In this document: piece after piece, positions 55,112 to 64,000 of the stretch | Layout: each line of letters opens with the position of its first letter | Numbering within the stretch: the stretch's first letter is position 1 | DNA from: the human T2T-CHM13v2.0 reference genome, Homo sapiens | DNA: 64,000 nt | Direction: 5' to 3' (one strand) | Assembly: GCF_009914755.1 (NCBI RefSeq) | Contig: NC_060927.1 | Notes under the pieces: model-generated | Databases searched by the model: none | Seen by the model: the letters and a program-made list of their open reading frames with translations, nothing else | Told to the model about the DNA's origin: nothing | Translations under genes and position numbers: made by a program

Positions 55112-58100
55112 CCTACATACACACACACACACATATATATACCAAATATATATATATCACAGTTTCTTTATCCACTCATTGATTGATGGGCATTTGGGTT
55201 GGTTCCACAATTTTGCAATGGTAAATTATGCTGCTATAAACATGTGTCTGCAAGTATCTTTTTTGAATAATGACTTCTTTTACTCTGGGTAGATACCTAG
55301 TAGTGGGATTGTTGGATCAAATGGTAGTTCTACTTAAGGAATCTCCATACTGTTTTCCATAGCAGCTGTACTAATTTACATTCCCACCAGCAGTGTAGAA
55401 GTGTTCCCTTTTCACTGCATCCACACCAACTTCTAATTTTTTTTTTGTGGTGGGTTGTGGGGGGGTTGTTATGGCCATTCTTGCAGGAGTAAGGTGGTAT
55501 CACATTGTGGTTTTGATTTGCATTTCCCTGATCATTAGTGATGTTGAACATTTCTTCATATATTTGTTGGCCATTTGTATATCTTCTTTTGAGAATTGTC
55601 TATTCATATCCTTAGCCCACTTTTTGATGGGATTGTTTGGTTTTTCTTACTGATTTGTTTGAGTTCCTTGTAGATTCCAGATATTAGTTCTTTGTTGGAT
55701 GTATAGATTGTGAAGATTTTCTCCCACACCGTGGGTTGTCTGTTTACTCTGCTGACTGTTCCTTTTGCCATGCAAAAGCTGTTTAGTTTAATTAGGTCCC
55801 AGCTATTTATCTTTGTTTTTATTGCATTTGCTTTTGGGTTCTTGGTCATGAAATCCTTACCTAAGCCAATGTCCAGAAAGCTTTTTCCAATGTTATCTTC
55901 TAGAATTTTTATAGTTTCAGGTCTTAGGTTTAAGTCCTTAATTTATCTTGAGTTGATTTTTTGTATAAGGTGAGAGATGAGGATCCAGTTTTGGTCTCCT
56001 ACACGTGGCTAGCCAATTATCCCAGCACCATTTGTGGAAAAGGATGCCCTTTCCCCACTTTATGATTTTGTTTGCTTTGTTGAAGATCAGTTGGCTGTAA
56101 GTATTTGGGTTTATTTCTGGGTTCTCTATTCTGTTCCATTGACCTATGTGCCTATTTTTATAACAGTACCATGCTGTTTTGGTGACTATGGCTTTGTAGT
56201 ATAGTTTGAAATCAGGTAATGTGATGCCCCCAGATTTGTTCTTTTTACTTAGTCTTGCTTTGGCTATGCAGGCTCTTTTTTGGTTCCTTATGAATTTTAG
56301 AATTGTTTTTTTCTAACCCTGTGAAGAATGATGGTGGTATTTTGATGGGGATTGCGTTGAATTTGTGGATTGCTTTTGGCAGTACGGTCATTTTCTCAAT
56401 ATTGATTCTACCCATCCACCAGCATGGGATATGTTTCCATTTGTTTGTGTCGTCTATGATTTCTTTCAGCAGTGTTTTGCAGTTTTCCTTATAGAGGTCT
56501 TTCGACTCCTTTGTTAGGTATATTCTGAAGTATTTTATGTATTTATTTATTTTTGCAGCTACTGTAAAAGGGATTGAGTTCTTGATTTGATTCTCCACTT
56601 GGTTGCTGTTGGTGTATAGAAGAGCTACTGATTTGTGTACATTAATCTTGTATCTGGAAACTTTGCTGGATTCTTTTATCAGTTCTAGGAGCTTTCTGGA
56701 GGAATCCTTAGGGTTTTTAAGGTAAACAATCATATCATCCACAAACAGTGACAGTTTGACTTCCTTTTTGCCTGTTTGAATGCCCTTTATTTCTTTCTCT
56801 GGTCTGATTGGTCTGGCTAGGATTTCCAGTACTGTAAAGAAGAGTGGTGAGAGTGGGCATCCTTGTCTTTTCCCATTCTCAGAGGGAATGCTTTCAACTT
56901 TTCTGTGTTCAGTATTATGTTGTCTGTGGGTTTGTCATAGATGGCTTTTATTACATTAAGGTATGTCCCTTGTATGCTGATTTTGCTGAGAGTTTTAATC
57001 ATAAAGGGATGCTGGATTTTGTTGAATGCTTTTTCTGCATCGATTGAGATGATCATGTGATTTTTGTTTTTAATTCTGTTCATGTGCTGTATTACATTTA
57101 CTGACTTGCATATGTTAAACCATCACTGCATCCCTGGTATGAAACCCACTTGATCATGGTAAATTATCTTTTTGATATGTTGTTGGATTTAGTTAGCTAG
57201 TATTTTAGCATCGATGTTCATCAAGGATATCGGTCTGTAGTTTCCTTTCTTGGTTGTGTCCTTTCCTGGTTTTGGTATTAGGGTGATACTGGCTTCATAG
57301 AATGAATTAGGGAGGGTTCCTTCTTTCTCTATGTTGTGGAATAGTGTCAAAAAGATTGGTACCAATTCTTCTTTGAATGTCTGGTAGAATTCTGCTGTGA
57401 ATCCTTCTGGTCCTGGACCTTTTTTGTTGGTAATTTTTAAATTATGATTTCAATCTCACTGCTTGTTGTTGGTCTGTTCAGGGTATCTAATTCTTCCTGA
57501 TTTAAGCTAGGAGGGTTGTATTTTTCCAGGAAGTTATCCATCTCTTCTAGGTTTTCTAGTTTATGTGCATAAAGGTGTTCATAGTAGCCTTGAATGATCT
57601 TTTGTATTTCAGTGGTGTCAGCTGTAATATCTCCTGTTTCATTTCTTAGGTTATTTGGATTTTATCTCTTCTTTCCTTAGTTAATCTTACTAATGGTCTA
57701 TCAATTTTATTTATCTTTTCAAAGAACCAGCTTTCTGTTTCATTTATCTTTTGTACTTTTTTTGTTCCAATTTTATTTAGTTCTGCTCTGATCTTGGTTA
57801 TTTCCTTTCTTCTGTTGGGTTTGGGTTTGGTTTGTTCTAGTTTCTCTATTTACTTGAGGTGTGACTTTAGATTGTCTGTGCTCTTTTAGACTTTTTGATG
57901 TAGGCATTTAGGGCTATGAACTTTACTCTTAGCACCACCTTAGCTGTATCCCAGAGGTTTTGATAGGGTGTGTCATTGTCATTCAGTTTGAAGAATTTTT
58001 AAATTTCCATCTTGATTTCGTTTTTGGCCCAGTGCTCATTCAGGAGCAGGTTATTTAATTTCCATATATTTGCATGGTTTTGAAGGTTCCTTTTGGAGTT

Positions 58101-61100
58101 GATTTCCAGGTTTTTTCCACTGTAGTCTGAGAGAGTGCTTGATACAATTTCAATTTTCTTAAATTTATTAAGGCTCATTTTATGGCCTATCACATGGTCT
58201 ATCTTGGAGAAAGTTTCGTGTGCTGTTGACTAGAATGTGTATTATGCTGTTGTTGGATGAAATGTTCTGTATATTTGTTAAGTCCATTTGTTCTAAGGTA
58301 TAGTTTAAATCCATTGTTTCTTTGTTGCCTTTCTCTCTTGATGACCTGTCTAGTGCTGTCAGTGGAGTATTTTAAAGTCCCCTACTATTATTGTGTTGCT
58401 GTCTATCTCATTTCTTAGGTCTATTAGTAATTGTTTTATAAATTTGGGAGCTCCAGTGTTAGGTGCATATATGTTTATGATTGTGATATTTTCCTGTTGG
58501 ACAAGGCCTTTTACCATTATCTAATGCCCCTCTTTGTCTCTTTTAACCATGTTGCTTTACAGTTTGTTTTGTCTGATGTAAGAATAGCTACCCCTGCTCG
58601 CTTTTGTTATCCATTTGCATTAAATGCCTTTTTCCACGCTTGTACTTTAAGTTTATGTGAGTCCTTGTGTGTTGGGTGAGTCTCCTGAAGGCAGTAGATA
58701 GTTGGTTGGTGAGTTCTTATCCATTCTGTCGTTCTGTATCTTTTAAGTGGAGCATTTTGATATTTACATTCAAATGTATTGAATGAAATATTGAAATGTG
58801 AGGTACCATTGCATTCATCTTGCTCTTTGTTGCCTGTGTAATTTGTTTTTGTTGTTGTTGTTTTGTTTTGTTTTTGTTTTTTAACTTGTATTTTTGTTTT
58901 ATAGGTCCTGTGTGATTTATGCTTTAAAAAGGTTCTCTTTTGATGTGTTTTCAGGATTTGTTTCAAGATTTAGAGTTCCTTTTGGCAGTTCTTGTAGTGG
59001 AGGTTTGGTAATGGCAAATTCTCTTAGCATTTGTTTGTCGGAAAGTGACTGTATTTTTCCTTCATATATGATGCTTAGTTTTGCTGGATACAAAATTCTT
59101 GGCTGGTAATTGTTTTGTTTGACGAGACTGAAGATAGGGCCCCAATCCCTTCTAGCTTGTAGGCTTTCTGCTGATAAATCTGCTGTTAACCTGATAGGTT
59201 TTCCTTTATGGGCTACCTGGTGCTTCTGTCTCACATGTCTTAAGGTTCTCTCCTTCGTCTTAACTTTGGGTAACCTGATGGCAATGTGCCTAGGTGAAGA
59301 TCTTTTTGCTATGAATTTCCTGGTTTTTTTTTTTGTGCTTCTTGTATTTGCAAGTCTAGGTCCCTAGCAAGGCCAGGGAAGTTTTCCTCGATTATTCCCC
59401 CAAATATGTTTTCCAAGCTTTTAGAATTGTCTTCTTCCTCTGGAACACCAATTATTCTTAGGTTTGGTCATTTAACATAATCCCAGACTTCTTGGAGGCT
59501 TTGTTCATATTTTCTTATTCTTTTTTTCTTTGTCTTTGTTGGATTGGATTAATTCGAAGACCTTGTCTTCCAGCTCTGAATTTCTTTCTTCTACTTGTTC
59601 AATTCTATTGCTGAGACTTTCCAGAGCATTTCACATTCTAAAAGTGTGTCCAAAATTTCCTTACTTTTTGATTGTTTTTTCTTTAAGCTATCTATTTCCT
59701 TGAATATTTTTCCCTTCACTTCTTGTATCATTTTTAGGATTTCCTCACATTGGGCTTTGCTTTTCTCTGGTGTCTCCCTGATTAGCTTAATAACTAACCT
59801 CCTGAATTCTTTTTCAGGTAAATCAGGGATTTCCTCTCGGTTTGGGTCCATTGCTGGTGAACTAGTGTGATTTCTGGGGGGTGTTGAGCCTTATTTTGTC
59901 ATATTACCAGGGTTGGTTTTCTGGTTCCTTCTCATTTGAGTAGGCTCTGTCAGAGGGAAGGTCTAGGTCTGAAGACTGTTGTTCAGACTTTTTTGTCCCA
60001 TGCAGTATTCCCTTGATGTAGTAGTCTCCCCCTTTTTCTGTGGATGTGGCTTCCTGTGAGCTGAACTGCAGTGATTGTTATCTCTCTTCTAGGTCTAGCC
60101 ACCCAGCAAGTCTACCCAGCTCTGGGCTGGTACTGGGGGTTGTCTACAAAGAGTCCTGTGATGTGAACCATCTATGGGGCTCTCAGCCATGGATACTAGT
60201 GCCTGTTCTGGTGGAGGTTGCAGAGGATACAGTGGACTCCATGAGGGTCCTTAGCTTTGGTGGTTTAATGCTCTATTTTTGTGCTGGTTGGCCTCCTACC
60301 AGGAGGTGCTGCTTTCCTTAAATGACCTTTATCTTCTGCTACTACGGTGGATAGGGAAGGACCATCAGGTGTGGGTGGGGGTAGGAGTGTCTGAGTTCAC
60401 ACTGTCCTTGGGCAGGTCTTGCTGTGGCTGCTGTGGGGGATGGAAGTGAGATTCCCAGGTCACTGGAGTTGTGTACCTAGGAGGATTATGGCTGCCTCTG
60501 CTGAGCCATGCAGGTTGTCAGGGAAGTGGGGGAAAGCCAGCAGTGAAAGGCCTCACACAGCTCCCAAGCAAACAGAAGGGCCAGTCTCACTCCCACCGTG
60601 TGTCCCCCAACAGCCCGGAGTCTGTTTCCAAGCAGAGGGCCAAACAGGCTTGAAAACTTACCAGAAGCTTTCCACCTCCCAGCTGAGAGTGAAAGGGGAT
60701 TTAGTTCTTCCCCGTGCCTGTGAAGTCTGCCAGGTTCGCACCCTCCCCCGAGTTCTTGCCAGGAGGCTTCTTGCCCCGTTCAAATTGTTACAAAGCTCAG
60801 CTAGAGAATTCCTTCTCCCTGCGGAGTTTTACCGCCTGCCCCTCTGGCCACCCTTCTGCGGGATCCCTGTGGTGTCAGGCAGGAATGGGCTGTTTGGGGA
60901 CCCAGTGAGCTCCCAGGACCTTTCTTCTGCTTCCTCTACCTCTGTATTTTGCTCGGCTCTCTAACTTGACTCAGCTGCAGGTAAAGTCGGAAAGTTCTCC
61001 CACAAACAGAACTTCAGCTTCTCCAGTGGGGGCGTGTGTTTGGGAGAGGAGAGTCTCCCTTTCCCACTTCTGTAGTTGGGGCACTCACAGTATTTGGGGG

Positions 61101-61247
61101 GTCTCTCAGGTCCTGCAGGAGCACTGCTTCCTTCAGAGGGACTGTGGGTCCTCTCAGGATTGCTGGTTTGTTCTTGCAGTGGATCTGGAGCTAAAATTCA
61201 CAATGCAAGCCTGCATGCTGCTCTGTGCAGAGCTGCTATTTAGTCCT
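54460..61247 (-). mobile_element. Full-length L1PB-type LINE inserted in ERV integrase
   Basis: 3'UTR at 54460, minus-strand ORF2 and ORF1 remnants, 5'UTR to 61247; 12-bp TSD caagagttcttt at 54448-54459 and 61248-61259. Confidence 0.93.
54825..55165. repeat. AT-rich palindromic minisatellite inside the L1PB 3' region
   Basis: Repeated aaactgtga(ta)n tcacagttt palindromes, each followed by ggtaatatg..ttatttg. Confidence 0.9.
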
Positions 61248-64000
61248 CAAGAGTTCTTTTTAGAGTTTGATTAGCTCTTTCTACTTTCCCTGAAGACTGT
61301 GGCCTCCACTCCAAGTGAAGGCAGTATTGAATTTCTAAGGCTGAAAATATGTTTTGGGTAATTGTTGCTGTGAAAGATGGACCATTATCACTCTGTAAGC
61401 TCTTAGGCAGCCCAAGTCTAGGAATTATTTCCTTTAGTAGGAGTTTAGAAACCTCAATTGACTTTTCAGACTGCATAGGAAAAGCCTCGATCCCACTGGT
61501 AAAAGTGTCAACAAATACTAATAAATATTTAAACCCTTTACATGGGGGCATTTGAGTATAATTTATTTGCCAGTCTTTACCAGCGTATGTTGCCCTATGC
61601 TGAACAGGCCTTACTAGAGGAGGAGATAAAGATTAGTTATTTGGGTTATTCTGGGCACAGAGTTCACAGGCCTGAGTTACCTGCTTTACTATTTTAAGTA
61701 AGCTTTTTCCTATAAAAAGCTGAGACATGAATTGAAACAGGCTGTCTCTTCCCAAATGAGTAAAGTCATGCAAATGCTTAACTGTTTTCCACTGATTAGC
61801 ACCTGGTATTAGCAGTTTGTTGTTATTGATAGGCCAACCAAAAGGATCTTAAATTAAACCCTGACCTTTAGCCCACTGTCATTCCTCTTTGGTGTATGAG
61901 TTCTGTCATTACCGTGGCTGAGGGCACTAACATGCTGACAAGTTCAGCTGGCTCCTTTAACACTGCTGCCTTAGCAGCTGCATCTGCAAAGGAGTTTCCC
62001 TTAGCCGCACTGGCGTCTCCTTTTTGATGTCCTCTGCAATGGATTACAGCTACTTTCTTGGGCAGCAAAACAGCATTCAATAGATTCAGAATTTTTTAAT
62101 GATATTTTATAGGGGAACCGTTAGCAGTTAGGAGTCCCTGTTCCTTCCAGATAGCAGCATGAACATGAAGTACCAGAAAGGCATACTTAGAATCAGTGTG
62201 TTAATTCTTAAGTCCTTTCCCAATTGCAGGGCTCTACTAAGAGCTATTAATTCTGCATTTTGAGCTGAGGTAGAAGCTGGTAAGGCCCGGGATTCAGTTA
62301 CCTCATGTTGACTGACAACAGCATACCCAGCTTTCCTGTTTCCCTGGTGCACAAAGCTACTTCTATCTGTAAACCATTCTGCCTCAGGATTATCTAGAGG
62401 CTCATCTTTTAAATCCAGATGGCTGGAGTATACTTGCTCCATAACTTGTATACAAGAATGATCTAGGGTAGGTGGATTCAAATAGGTAGGTGGATTCAAA
62501 GTTTGACATACTTTAAGTGTTATATTAGGAGCACCTAGCAACAAAGCCTGATATTTTAATAAATGTCCCCCTGTCATCCACTGGTGTCCTTTAGCTTTTA
62601 CACTCCTTGTACTTAGTGTGGGGCTAAAACATCCAGATGTTGTCCTAAAACCAGTTTATTGGCTTTATCTACTAAAAGAGCAGTTGCTACCACTTCCCTG
62701 AGGCATCCAGGCCATCCCAAAGGGAGATGGTTTAATTGCCTGGAAAAATATGCCACTGGTCAGGGAATATCTCCTAACTTCTGTACAAGGACACCTAGGG
62801 TGGTTCCTTGTTTTTCACCCACATAAAGGAAAAATGGCTTAACAAGATTAGGGATTCCTGGGCTGGAGCTGATCCCAGTTTCTCCTTAAGAGCATTAAAA
62901 GCCTGTTTACAGTTATTATCCTGTTCAAAAGGATTTACATCTGCTCCTTTTAGAGCCTCATATAAAGGCTTGGCTGTATGCCCAAATCCAGGCACCCATA
63001 AACGGCAGAATTCTGTCATCCCTAGGAAAGCCCACAGCTGCTTTTTAGTTTGGGGTTCTGGAATGTCCAAGGTAGCTTCCCTTTGTTCTGGCGCTATTGC
63101 CCAGGTGCCAGGGGTTAGGACATATCCTAAGCGTTTAACCTCTTGAGTTGAAATCTGGGCTTTATGCGTCTAAACCTTATATCCATTAGCTCCCAGAAAA
63201 TTTAGCAACATGGTGATATTTTCATTTGAGTTTCTTTTGGTTGGGCTAGAAATCAGCAGATTATCTACATATTGAATAATACTGCCCTTATTTAATTGTA
63301 ACATCTTTAATTCTCTAGCCAGTGCATTTCCAAATGGATGAGGACTGTCCCTAAACCCCTAAGGAAGAACTGTTCAAGTTAATTGAAAAACTAAATGACT
63401 ATCAGAATCAGTCCACTTAATGAATTGTGAATCAGCGTGTACTGGAATGCAAAAAAAAAAAAAAAAAAAAAAAAGGCATTCTTAAGATCTAAGATCGTAA
63501 ACCAATTGGCATCCCCAAGGACCTCGGCTAATGGCAAGTAGGGATTGGGCACTATATTATGTATGGGAATGACAGCCTCATTGACAATTTGAAGATCTTG
63601 AACAAATTTATAGTCTCTATTTGGCTTTGGCTTTTTAACTGGTAAGACTGGCGTATTACAAGGAGACTCACAGGGCCTTAGCAACCCAAATTGCAAAAAC
63701 TTAGCTATTAATGGTTGGACCCCTCTTTGTGCCTCTGGCTTTAAGGGGTATTGTCTCTTCCAGGGATATAGGCTTAAGTTGGATGTAAACTGGGGAAACA
63801 TTTAACATTTTGCCTGTAATCTTAGTGTCCCATACTATAGGATCTACTTGGGAGATTACTTCAATAGGTAAAGTAGATAAGCCCCCTATTGACTTTCCTC
63901 CCTTATCACAGGAAAGGAGGAGGAGTAGTTCCTCACCTGCCTTGTGATTTCCAAAAGATACCACTGTCTGCAGCTGAGTCAACAAATCCCCTCCCAACAA
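61248..64000 (-). mobile_element. ERV1 pol remnant (protease end, RT, RNase H, integrase), continuing past the window edge
   Basis: LLRPCESPCNTPVLPVKKP, LDLKNAFF, LP*GFRDSP, YVDN, FCRLWVPGF, WFTDRSSFV, VAVIHCRGHQKG, LVFVDTFT, LQSDNGPSF, RPQSSGKVERANQTLK; many stops and frameshifts. Confidence 0.93.

Overview
Primate (human-like) genomic DNA, mostly transposable elements, with no intact protein-coding gene. From recalled protein sequences and gene order it looks like human 3p25.1 (WNT7A-VN1R20P-FGD5P1-TPRXL neighbourhood); this was not verified by search. Main content, left to right: (1) a CpG island at ~7.4-8.75 kb, then a clean 54-nt candidate exon and a heavily decayed KRAB-type C2H2 zinc-finger terminal exon (13.85-15.6 kb) split by an MLT1 LTR; (2) a nested L1/Alu/MaLR/MER1 block at 16-39 kb, including an internally deleted L1PA, a full-length L1PB and a complete THE1D; (3) a near-intact V1R vomeronasal receptor pseudogene at 39.5-40.3 kb; (4) a second CpG island at 45.4-46.05 kb in front of an unprocessed duplicate of the large 5' coding exon of FGD5, which carries a 6-copy ~80-bp higher-order repeat and an Alu; (5) an antisense MER41/PRIMA41-type provirus (LTR, env, pol) whose integrase is split by a full-length L1PB. 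I found no clearly new biological system. The best leads are the zinc-finger gene fossil with a surviving promoter and the FGD5-derived chimeric unit. Repeat subfamily names come from recalled consensus sequences, and repeat boundaries are approximate unless a target-site duplication (TSD) is cited.
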